Positions 48,051-59,773 of a DNA stretch of 64,000 bases are shown here, in pieces. This stretch comes from Blasia pusilla (lineage: Eukaryota). The stretch spans positions 18,476,001 through 18,540,000 of the forward strand of contig CM114271.1 in assembly GCA_050084515.1 (NCBI GenBank). Reading direction: 5' to 3'. The notes beneath the pieces are model-generated. The model was not told where the DNA came from, did no database searches, and saw only the letters and a program-made list of their open reading frames with translations. The translations under genes were made by a program, and so were the position numbers. The stretch's first letter is position 1. The number at the start of each line of letters is the position of its first letter.

Positions 48051-49068
48051 ACTCTTATGCGCATACACATCGCTACACAACATACATCATTTTTGCCAAA
48101 CATACACACAACTACACACGATCCCATGTCGACTCATGGCATCCAAACAACGAGACAATAAGTACCAAAATATCTCCAATCTCATTGTAAATCAAGTAGA
48201 TGCAATCTCTCTCAACACCAAAGCTCTCAAATGTGTGCACTTTCTCTCAATGTCAAACCAAACCCACTCTCCTAATGAGAGGCTTGGGTTACACTCACAA
48301 GACAAGGAACCATAGCTCCGCCGCCTCATGCGAAGAGGTTCAAAAAAGAGAGAATGAAATCTCAAGCTCTCTCTTTGAGGTATACCCCTTTCTCACTCCC
48401 AAGCTCTCTACTTGCTAACCTATGCTCGCAGGTCACCTCCTTGGCTATTGACCTCCTGTAGCGGGTCAAGGGCCACTTTCCAAAGTGGGGATTCAACTCT
48501 ATCAAATATGAGAACTTACCAAAAATAATAATTTTCTAAGTATGGCTCCAAATGAGCCAAAACGAAGGGAAAACATGCTCTCTCAGGTTTCCTAAGACCT
48601 TAGCAGGTCATCCTGGACCTCTTGAGCCTGTCCTCCTCTAGTCGCGAAGGCGCTCTACCGAATCTCTGAGGTGCGGTAAGAGGAGAGGAAGAGAGGAAGA
48701 GAGGAGAGAGGAAACTACCTTCAACCGAAATAGATACTTTTTTTTAAAGAGAGTTTCCGTTGGGTTGAAAAAGGAAACTTGTTGTGTGAATTTTTTGGAC
48801 TTTTTTGCTTAGTTATTAAGCAGTCCCACAATTTTTTTCCTCTTCCATATTTTGGCAACCCCTCTAAGTCCGACGAGTCCGACGAGTTGTAAATTGCACA
48901 AAATTTAGAAAACTGAGAAATCAGTGGAATCATATGTGTGGAACCAATCACTTTTTCCATCCAAGGTCTAGAAAAAATCTATCATTTGCCCTAGGTTGAA
49001 AAGAGTTCGAGCTCAAAGTGAAGGTTATGGAAAAATGAAAGTACAATCTAAAACCTCATTTTGCATCC

Positions 49069-52000
49069 TCAAAGTGGTCTGTTTAAAATACTTCGCACTT
49101 CTTTGAGGGACAGAATTGGTTGGTGGATTCCTACTCCTACCTCCGACTCTCTTAAAACTACCAGCAACACATAGTACATGTGCTTACAAGGAAAATACCT
49201 TTTGCCACTTGTCTCTCGTTGGACAAAGTCATCACATGAACATGTGGGAAAGCAATAGATGTGCACCACATACACCCCTGTGACACTTGAATTTACAGTG
49301 TTATTCCTGACCCAATACATCCTTCCTATTCCATTGCCACTCATGACATCTTTCGTGGCGATGATCTCCATTTTTGCCTCCCGAACTGATGCAATTTCCT
49401 TTGCTCTCTCCACCATTGGCCTATACATTTTGTTTCTCTTCACCCCATTTCTAGACTCAAACAAAAATAGTGGATTGAGATTATCCACCTTCTCCGCGTA
49501 TATGTTAACGTCAATCTTGGGTTGAATACGAAATACGAATGTCTCTCTAATACGAATATGCTCCGAACTTCCTCCATCTACGAGTCTAAAACCGGCACTT
49601 GTAAGATTTTCCACTTCGTCTTGAGTGGAGTTCGTACCTGCGGCGATGGGCCAAATCGTGGGGGTATTCCCCGGAGCTCCAATGGCAGCCGGATAAGACT
49701 TACGAAAAGCGCAAGATTCATTTGGTTTGAAAGAAGTACTTCAATTGATCCCCGGTCCTCGTGAAACGATCAAAGGTTTGGAGTCCCCAAAACCAAGGTA
49801 GTGGTCGTCCAGTCCTAATACAATTCTTATTTAGGAAACTGCCGCATGCTTTCCTTATGCCAACAGATCCTGCCCTGCAAGTGGACCCACATCCTGGGTT
49901 GCTCCGAGATATATGGCACCATTTTAGGTTGCAATCCACCTCCATTACCAGAATCCCATATTGTTGAACCACCCCAACGATCGGAAGTTGCGAACTTCCG
50001 GCAACCGAGGGCTTTTGAAATAAAACATTCACTGATTTTGGAGAAGTTACTCCATCACGGATTTGGGAGCGGTCCGGGGTCCTCGAATGTGTGGGCGGCG
50101 TAATTTCCTCATCCAAATCAATCAACGGATTCGTTTCTCAATGTTGCCCCTTCACCTGCCTGAAGTCAAGATACTTATCTGGTCTCCACGAGTCTCGCTC
50201 GGACTGCTCTACCACCATCTGTATGGGATGTCTTGAAACGCGCCCACGAATATCCCCACCAATGTGTTTGTCTTGCTCGAGGGGAGTTCCTGCTACGCAC
50301 CCGTTGAAGGCTTCAACATAGAGTTTTTCATCACCAGATCTCACAGCCGCCTTGACATAGAGCTTGTAGATCGAAGGCCCCCTTCCTTTTGTTATGCCTT
50401 TTGTGAGGAAGATATGCGATGCTGTAGATTGTAGCATTGCTCTTGCGTAGTCTTGTTGGCATGCCTCCGCAAGTGAAATTCGTTGGCATGCCTGTGACGA
50501 CCTCTAGGAGGAATGAACACTTTTGCTCCAATTGTGTTGGGGCAGAGGGCATTTTCGTGAATGTTCAATCCCTGCAACGACGACAATGTTAGAAGGGAAG
50601 GAAAAGAGCTTTGAAGTCAAACTCTGTGATCCGTCGGGTTCCGACGTCTTGCAACACCCAGGAAACACCTACTACAACCTGGCCGATTCCCGACGGTTTG
50701 CAAGAACCTTTGGCCACTCCGGGTTGGAAGATCCAAGTGCAAGTCATCCGAAACCCATCCAGGTCAAACTATTTGTAGGCCTTGTATGCATGCGACTTGC
50801 ATACTTGTATACGGGTTGCACCAAAATTATGGATGCAAACCGCCGGTTTCCGACTGGTTGCACACACAGGATACCCGTCCGTTTCGGATGGGTTGCACAC
50901 TTGGGCAATCCGTCGAATCCGACAAATTTCTTGGTTTCTTCGGTTCGAAATCCGTATAGTTCCCACGCTTCTCAACTTGAGCTGCAACTTTTCAAACAAT
51001 TCTTAGCGTGAGCTTGACAAGACAAAATAGTGAACTCACCTGCCGTATGAAGTTTCCCCATTGTCTCATACGTATCTTCCACCAACTCAACCAATAGCAC
51101 AACTCTTTCTACTTCCCCTCAATTGCATGCTTCCTCCATCACCCATGAAGTTCTTCTTGGCATTCCATGGCCTATTTCAAGATTTTGGTGTCCTTGCAGC
51201 GTTGGAGTAGAGTGTGACATGCTCTGTCCTCTTATTCTCCTTGATGTAAGATTTGGTGTACCGGGTCACAGACTGTTGCCAATGGAAAGCATCCGACCTT
51301 TCCCTCTCCGATTGAACCTCTCCACCCCATAATACTTCCCTGATAGCAATCCACCCAGGTTGTGCATTGGCCGCCATGAACCCATAAATTTCCAGAGGTG
51401 GTCTTTTGTTTTCCTTCACCACCTCCAATAAGAGAAACCAGCACATCTTCAAACTGCCAACGTCTTCTACTTTTACTTCACAGAGAAATATAGTTTTGAG
51501 TCCATTCTCCACATGGTCATAAACATGAGCACCCATTGTTAACCATCCCTTCAGCACTCTATAGCAAATATCAAAGCTTACCCAGCTCCCGTAAAGATCT
51601 TCCCCTTCCCTCATTCGATCTATAAGATCGAGGCCACTCGACAGACCTGTGGGTGACATTTTGAAGACATAGGCCCAGGACCCCTCGCCTCCCTCATCCA
51701 TGAACTACCATCTTTGAATGAATGGAAATCGGGAGTAGGCCTTGATTGTGGCAATGGCATCCATTTCGGCCGTTTTTCCATCCAACACCCGTATTTGACG
51801 CAATTAATTCCGGAAGCATTCAGGATCAACAAGAAATGCAAGATTTTCCTAGAGTTGTTTCTATTAGCAGTTGTGATCTCGCCCTCTCCTGGGATTCCAA
51901 ATTTTTTTTCTCAAATTTGTGATGATGTTGTGAGCTTGATCACTCCAGGCTTTGAACCTGGAGAGTTTTTGTACACCTCCGCCACTTTCTTTGCGACATC

Positions 52001-53020
52001 CTCCTTGATGTGTCTCTTAATTGCATTGGTCATAGGATGAGTGTGGGAGCCAACATGAATTGCCAACCTTGTGTACTCTGACGTGAACCCTAAACACGCT
52101 CCAACGCAGAAGGGGGATGCGTGACAATAAGGACATCGATGGCCTCCCGGCGGTATGGTGGCACCGATCTCCTATGGAGACCCTATGATTCTTGGGGGGG
52201 AATTGTGACGTACTCACTCGCCCGTTGCGCTCTAGATACGGGCATGCTGGACTTCTATACTCCAAGCCTCCAACCCATTGGCGGCGGGAGACAATCCAAG
52301 GACCATCTGGAATTGAAGCACTAGTCCATTGAAGCCTGAACCATCGATGACAATCAGACTTTCTGTCCATACCCTTCAAGCGTCCTCCATCTTTGTTTTG
52401 AGCAAGAGCAGCAAGTGGAGGCAACTCAAAAATGCAATTACCCTCGTACGTGGGTGGCAGCTCATCGAAAAGAATGTGCTTGAATATTTTCAAGGCCAAA
52501 GACGATAGCAAACTATTGCCTGATACTCGCAGGAGGAACGAGTAGGCGGATAGAGGCCCGGTTGGTGTCTGACAGATCCACTGAGGTTGAAAACATCCGG
52601 AATATCTTCAAGAAGTACAACATTATAACGAGCGTGTGAAGTTGGAGTCGAAGCAGAATCTACATAGCTAGGAGTTGCAAACGTAGAGCTCAGTGCACTA
52701 GGAAATTCTCGACCGTCTACTTGGGAAACAGAGGAATTCAGGGGCAAGCGGTAAACTCTGTATTGACCATTTGCTAGAGGTAGGAGATTCCATACTTTAC
52801 AGTCTGCAATCATTGGCTGGACTGTCTCACCTATCATGTCCTCCGTACCGTCCAACCTAACATCCTTGATTACAAAGATGGTTCCAATTTGGAGAAATCG
52901 AATTGAGAGAACATTTTCATCCACTGCTATGAAAGACTCATGAGCTTGCGGTTGAACGATTTCTGATTGAGGAAGGGACGCTAGATGACTGCCACAAGTG
53001 AGCTTCACATAATTGTCCAT
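49069..53020 (-). pseudogene. Mutator-like transposase: Cys/His-rich N-terminal region, DDE core, C-terminal SWIM zinc finger; intron 50572-51039; frameshifted
   Basis: WVSFDICYRVLKGWLTMGAHVYDH..TIFLCEVKVED..GFMAANAQPGW (second Asp apparently mutated) ..RERSDAFHWQQS (CxxH-like) ..WGNFIRQ|GLNIHENALCPNT..SVHSS; SWIM PTCSCDDFVQRETSGKRYFPCKHMYYV. The GT-AG intron joins in phase 0. Confidence 0.8.
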
Positions 53021-53179
53021 TCCCAGAAGATTCCAGCGTGAGGAGACAGAGAATTGGTATGAGAATGAGAATGTTTAATTAATAGTGAATAGGGACTCAG
53101 ATTCACCTGACAGTTTTTGACTGACAAGATGAAGTTTGGTAGTTGAAAAATGTTTGACACAATGGATCCAATTCTGTTG

Positions 53180-54130
53180 CAACTTGTCGGAGTCAGGTGG
53201 GTTGCAGAATTTGGGAATCAGAGACGTTGGTTTTGAAGCATGCACTTCTTTTTGTTGGAACCCGTCAGAGTCCGTTGGGTTGGTACCCCCTTCTTGCCGA
53301 CCAAAGGTTTTTTGAGTCGATTTTGCTAGCATGAACACAAGATATCCCTTGCATATGCTAAGGCAACCAATGGTTGGGGACTTTTGCGGGATTGTCCAAC
53401 TCAGGGTAGATCTTGTGACCCGTCGGATTGCAATGGGCTCGGAACTATGCGTTGTCACATTGTTATCCGAGGGATAGAAAAGCGTGCAACCTGTCGATAA
53501 CCAATGGGGAACCCTGGTACCTCGCCTATTAATCCAACATAAGCAAAGCGTGCAACCCATCGACTTCAGATGGGTTGCACGCTTCTGCCTCACCTTGTAA
53601 CGCTAACATGAAGGTTGCGCGCCTCCGTCGATCTCTGACGAGTTGCGCGGGTGCTGCGCCTTCTTGCTCGAAGACGGTGGAGGCTCGCAACCCGTCGGCC
53701 TCATACGGGTTGAGCAATTTCCTGACCTTATGTAACTAACTTTAAGGAAGCGTACAACCCATCTCTTTCCAATGAGTTGCGCGGGCCGCACCTTTTTGCC
53801 CAAAGACGGCGGAGGCGCGCAACCCGTCTCAGGCCGACGGGTTGCGCAAGTGTCTCGCCTTGTAACGCTTACATGAAGGAAGCATGCAACCTCTCGGCCT
53901 CCGACGAGTTGCGTGGGAATCCCGCCTTGTTATCCCAAGATGAGGGAAGCGTGCAACCCACCGCAATCCGACAGGTTGCGCGGGTAGCTCACGTTCTTGT
54001 TCGAAGACGGCATAGGCACCCAACATGTGCGTCTCTGATGGGTTGCGTGGGTACCTCGTGTTCTTGTCTAAAGACGATGGATGCCTTGAACCCTCGGGAA
54101 GCGTGCAACATGTCGAAGCCTTCGGGTTGG
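53180..54130. repeat. Array of 27-bp palindromes (consensus GCAACCCGTCGGAnTCCGACGGGTTGC), ~67-bp period, between the divergent genes
   Basis: Copies at about 53179, 53259, 53418, 53486, 53552, 53620, 53687, 53754, 53819, 53886, 53953, 54020, 54104; spacers alternate between two related types. Confidence 0.85.
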
Positions 54131-54220
54131 TTTTTTTTCACGTCCAGACTTCCATAACGGCCAACACGTCGCCGTCACCAGGACGATGCGACCCAACGGT
54201 CAGCCCATCGGCTTGAAAAG

Positions 54221-54228
54221 TATAAATA
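54221..54228 (+). promoter_or_regulatory. TATA box (TATAAATA) upstream of the cargo gene
   Basis: Consensus TATA followed by a pyrimidine-rich stretch, ~290 bp before ATG 54513. Confidence 0.55.
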
Positions 54229-55709
54229 GGGGAAGGCTCGCTCATTTCCGGTTTTTCGTTCCGCGATCTCAATTCCTCTTCCACGCAGCAATTGACCAGA
54301 TACCAAGGGGCGCTTTACACCTTGACTCATCGCGAGACGATTCAAGCAAACGATCATGAGACGTCCTGCTACTCATCAAGGCAACTCATCAAGACATCAG
54401 CAAGCCGACTCATCATGACATCAACAAGGCGACTCATAAAGGTGATTCCTCGAGCTGATTCATTGTGCATAGAGAGCAATTTCCTTGTCCATAGGAGGTA
54501 TTTTTGGACATAATGATGAGGAAAAAATATCAAGCAAACAAGGCTGGGAGCTTCACTCCCAAGTCCATGAGGAACTCTGCTTCACCATCTCCAGGGCCTC
54601 GTTTGGCCAATGAGATAAGGCAGCAAGAAATCGAGGAGCAGAAAAGGGAAGCGGAGAAGCACAAGCAAGAGCTTCTTGCAAAACGTGCACACAAGGCGCT
54701 CGAAAAATATAACGCATAGGCTGAGGCGCCGCATGCCTTCAAGAAAAGGGTCGCCGACGAAAAGCGAGAAAAGAAGGGTCTGGATGCGTCGGTGATGAGA
54801 GCAAAATTGGCAAAAGCTCGGAGGGAAAAAGCAAATGGCATTGGAGAAAGCCCTGCCCATCCAACCAAAAATGTTGAGATGCAGGAAATGTCCCTGATGA
54901 AGTCCGGGAAATGATCAATATAGCGGAAACGCCGAAGTTTAAGTGACGCACGATGAGGTCATGAGGACCGCCAACGTGGAGATGGTGGAGAGCGGTCATC
55001 CTCGTCCCTAAGCCCCACGGAAGAAATCAACCTCTATCGCATCAACGAGTTTCCAATGGACTTGCCTGCTGCCATCCCAGAGCAGTCCGCTGGCCTAGAC
55101 ACCGACCCAATCTTCGAGCGGTTAAGAGAGGATATGTGTTCATTGAATTATGTGAAGGCCCATGTTGCAATTCATTGGCAATTGATTGTAGCTTATTGCC
55201 CTTGTCCCCGCTGTGACAGGTGGTAAAGCAGATGGCACTGATGGAGGGCCAGTACGCCCCGAGAATTCCACTTTTCCGATTGCAAACTATGGAGTACGTC
55301 TGCGAAATTCGGTCTTATGAGGATAATGCGAAGCTGAAATAATCGGCTGCGACAGCATCCTACGTCGACACCTTCCCTCTGTTCTATGTTCAGCCTTACA
55401 ATGACCATGGAACCCTAGCGCTGGTTACGGAGGAGGACTTGGAAGCGCTCGAAACATTCTGGAGGATGAGAAATCAAGAATTTAGAAGGGCGATAGAGGG
55501 GAGAAAATTCAGCAGGATGTGGAACCTGTATTTCTTCATCTGGGATGGAAACCATAGGTTCATGGCGTGGACCCTGTGTGCAAAGGAGCGCCCAAACTCA
55601 TTGGAGGCACATTTTTGCGTGAAGGCAGTGGTGCGACATCCATACCCTCATCACATGGCGACGGTGGAGATGGTCATGCATGCCATGAACATGTAAGTTT
55701 CCTCTTGCT

Positions 55710-56452
55710 GCAAACCGTCGGACTCCTACAAGTTGTTTGAGTCGCCATTGTTTTTGGAATGTTTTTGGCCGAAATCAACTGGTCAGACTCCAACGAGTTG
55801 CTTGGTTGATCAGTGGTTTAGGATTTTTTTTTTCCGAAAGCAACTCGTCGAACTCGGACAAGTTGCTAGACTGATCACTCGTTTAGGATGTTTTTGGCCA
55901 AAAGCAACTCGTCAGAGTCCGACGAGTTGCTTGACTGATTTGTCGTTTAGATTGTTTTTGTCCGAAAGCAACTCGTCGAACTCCAACGAGTTGCTCAACT
56001 CACCGCTGTTTTTGGATGTTTTTGGAAGAAAGCAACTCGTCGGACTCGGACGGGTTGCCAGACTCGAAGCTTTTTTTGGATGTTCTTTGATGTTTCTGGC
56101 TGAAAGCAACTCGTCGGCGTCGACGGGTTGAAACTCGGCAATCACAACTCTGAATGCAATCCCTCGGACTCCGATGGCTTTGCTACTTGCATTCGAAAGT
56201 AGCAAAGCTTCATTTTTGTGGTCAAATTGCACCTTAATTGAAATTGCGCAACCTATCGGACTCTCACGGGTAGATATGTTCACTTTTTTCGCGGAAACAA
56301 CTCTCTAAACAACCCGTCGGACTCCGACGGGTTGAAACTCGGCAATCACAACTCTGAATGCAATCCCTCGGACTCGATGGGTTGCAAATTTTAGCTCGTT
56401 GCTTCCATTCCGACCATGAGCTATGACGACGTGTGGGAGTCCTGACGGGTTG
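55710..56452. repeat. Intronic array of the same palindrome, ~63-65-bp period
   Basis: About 12 copies; perfect example CAACCCGTCGGACTCCGACGGGTTG at 56310-56334; spacers share TTTTTGGATGTTTTTGG. Confidence 0.9.
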
Positions 56453-58029
56453 GAGGGACCCATGTACCTTGCAAAATTTCTAATATTGAGTTCGGATGTG
56501 TAGGATTATATCGGAGGGGAATGTCACCTACCACTCGATCGAGGATTGTGATCGGGTCAAGAAAGTGCTATCGACGCACCCGGTAGAGTACAAGGGGTTC
56601 TTGGGCGACGCCCTTGTAAATGAGATGCTCGCAAAGAGTGCTCGAATAAAAAAAAAGACTTGGGCAAATAAGTTTATTTCCCAAGATGCAGCGGTGACAA
56701 TCGTTTGCTGGTCGAAGATACAGGCTGCCAAGAAGAGTTCTGCACTGGAGCAAGAGCGGAGGGAGAAAGTGTCTGTGTATGAGCGTACAAAGTTCATCCA
56801 TGCTGCAGTATCTGCACCTATGAAGTACACGGCAAGCAAGATGCATCAGTACATGGCCATTCTCAATCCCGAACTTGGCCCCCATTTCTACAAGGAGATG
56901 AAGGCGATCATCAAGCGCCAGCGGAAGAGGGTTGAAGATCCGCAGGGTCGGATTGGGGAGAAAGTGTCTCTCGATCGCGTGCATCGATTTTCTTTGTCTG
57001 GAATTAGCGAATTTAGGATAATCCGATTGATGAAAATCAGTCTTGAGGGCAGAGAGGCCCAAAAGAGGGCGGCACACCATCCTCTGGGTGTCTCTGATCC
57101 TGTGATCTCCCACTGGCTCCGTGAATGGTCATTCTGGGATGCGTTGCGGCTTCTCGGGAAGTCCATGCTCGTGGGTCTCCAAGCGGAGCTGAAAAGAATA
57201 GAGCTTGTTCCGCAGGAAGCAAACTCGGAGAGCGATGAATATTTTGGACTTTGGCTTGATGACATGCGGGACAAGCCCATAAAAAACCCTCGTTTGAGGG
57301 TGATGTTCGAGGATCGCATCCTCCCTCGGGCAGAAAAAAGGGATTTCACAAGGAAGAAGCGAGATCTTCAGGAGCAGTCGGCCGATGCATCTCGACTAAG
57401 AGTTGCCCAACGCATGGTGTTGAGGTACCTCGTCCATTGTAAGAATGCAGGAACATGGCAAAAAATACCGGCAGCTTGCAAATTGTGGGCTTCTTTGCCT
57501 GATGGAGAGATATTTTCCATGTACGATATGGAGATGGCTCAAAGCATGTCCTATTGGGAGGTGGAGAATTTCCTGATTTTGCTAGACTTCAACGACCCTC
57601 AGGACATAACTGAGAAAGATCTATGCTTGCTCTATGACGAAGTGGCCGCAGGTAGGGACATCCCCAATTTTGTGCAGCCTGAAGACTTTTTCGAAGGAGA
57701 CGCAGAGGAGCAAGCCCTTGAGACAGCGGAGTTGGTGTCCAAGGTCGTCACCGCCAAGGACAAATCTACAACGGGTCTCAAAGCCAAGGCGAGGGGATCA
57801 AAGAATTCCGACGCCGAGTCTTCCCAAAGAGAGGCTGAAGATTCAAGGCAAGAGCCGGAATCGTCCAGGCGAGCGGGGAGAGAGGGTTGGACCAGGTCCT
57901 CCGCAAAGAAAACTCCACCTGAGTCTGAGGTCATAGAGACCCTAACAAGCCGACCGCAGACTCGGGAGAAGCGGAAGCGAGATGCGCCAGGGTTGTCCCA
58001 GGCAACACACCAGGATGTGGAATAGACCC

Positions 58030-59773
58030 CATCATCCTTGGAATCGGTTCCCAATCAACTCCTTGAAATCTTCCCAACTCAACGTTTTCCCACAACCTAG
58101 ATGTTCTTTACGGTGAGCTGTCCACCAATGGAGAGCGTGATCCTTCAGAAACGTGACCGCTACAGTCACTTTGTCTTGTTCGTCTCCTTTTTGCGCTTCG
58201 AAATAAAGTTCAAGTTCCGTTAGAAACTCGCTCACTTTCCAAGAACGCCCCATTCCTCTGAATGGCATAGGCGAATTAGTCTTACTAGAGGCTCCATTTG
58301 ACTTGAATTCCGATATCACCTCGCTCTTTTCGGCCATCTGGTCTGCCATCACCTTCATAAATCCCATCATTTGGATATAAAAGGTCGGATCGTTTAAGTT
58401 TGGAACCAAAGGTCCCGCGGAAAGATTTTTGGTTGGAACATCTTCATGTCTCGGGTCTCGGCACTTCGGGAATCGCAAATTCCACCTCTTGCTCTCGGTT
58501 CGTCTTTGATTTGTCTCTCGGCTTTTTTGCTCTGACTCGCGGTTTCCTCGGTTCTTCACCTTTGGTCACCATTTGCGAGTCTTTGCTTTCTCAGATCTCC
58601 TCCTCGCCTCTCGCGTTCCTCCTCGGCGTCGCGGTCTTTCGACTATCTTGAGTTCTCCCCAAACGTCCTGATCTTCAACGACCCCAAGTTCACGCTCAAC
58701 AAGGATTAGCTCTGATACCACGTGTCGTGCGCCTTATCTCCTTGAACGTTAATCTTGTTTGTTTGCAAAAGCGTGCGTGCAGTAGGTCACGCTCTTAACG
58801 CTGATCTGCATCCAAACACGCACTTTGGTTAGTCGAGTCTTGGATCAATTAGTGGGATAAATTTCCGAGTACTTGTCTCGGACTCTCATCAAGCTCAACC
58901 TTACTAGTTTCGCGGTTTACAACACATGCAAATCTCGAAAGACTTGGGACTGACTTTCTGGTGGGTTCAGGAACGTGAAAGGGCGTTTCGCGCCTAGCGG
59001 TTCCAATTGTCTGATGGATATCCAATGAGTTCCTCATCAAGACTCGCACGAAGTGAAGCTCGGGTTGGAATCCAAGTGTGGCGTACAAAGTCCAATCCCT
59101 TGGATCAGGTTTGGGTTTCGAGTTCCCACGCCAAACTCCCGTTCCATCCCGTGCCTTTGAAACGCCGTTTGGCGCCCAAAGTGGGGACTCATTTCCCGAG
59201 ACATATTGGAGAGAGTCCTCCCTTACTAGTTCTTATGGGGATCTCCGCGGGCCCCCTACATTTAGGGAAAGACACCCGGGGCTCTCCAATTGGCCCTTAA
59301 CCCGATTGCTCTTTCAATCGTTTTCCACCAATATCTCTGCTTGTACTTATGCGTTGCTGAGATCTTGGGTGCGTCGCGTCGGAAGCGTCTCAAGATAAAC
59401 TTTCCAACGCGCTCTTGGTTGTCCGGAACACATCTTGGAGATCAACGTTATGGTCCTAAACACAGTCAGATTCTCCCAAACGCTAGTTGTGTTCCAAACT
59501 GGTTCTCACCTCTTTGGCAACCAACCTCCTAATACGCAACTCATCTCAAGTCTTGGCCCGACTTAGTGGTCGCGACCAAGAAACCTAGGTTTCCTGTTCG
59601 CGACCACTCATGCATGAAATGCACAACTCAGTTCCACGTTCGTCTCTTAAACTTTCCCAAGAGACTTTTCCAAACGCCTCTCGAAGGCGCAAACCTCGCA
59701 GCGTGAGTTCCTTTGAGCTCTCATGTTTCGCTTGGCGCCTATTTGGTGTTGTTTGGTTATGAGGGTCGCGACA
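58030..59773 (-). mobile_element. Truncated chromovirus-like Ty3/gypsy insertion: 1051-bp 5' LTR (58723-59773), tRNA-iMet PBS, partial gag
   Basis: LTR TGTCGCGA...GCACGACA; PBS TGGTATCAGAGC at 58709-58720 (minus); gag VSEFLTELELYFEAQ..KVTVAVTFLKDHALHWW..LSWEDFKELIGNRF (ORF 58032-58559). Confidence 0.92.

Noticed and set aside
55710-56452. CRISPR-like appearance (27-bp palindromic repeats, ~36-40-bp spacers), also at 53400-54130
   Set aside because: Spacers resemble each other, repeats are degenerate, arrays lie in spliceosomal introns of a eukaryotic TE, and no cas genes are present.
56496-58025. 509-aa ORF as a stand-alone gene
   Set aside because: Its ATG lies within an intron acceptor; it splices in frame to the upstream DGNHR exon and ends next to a retroelement junction.
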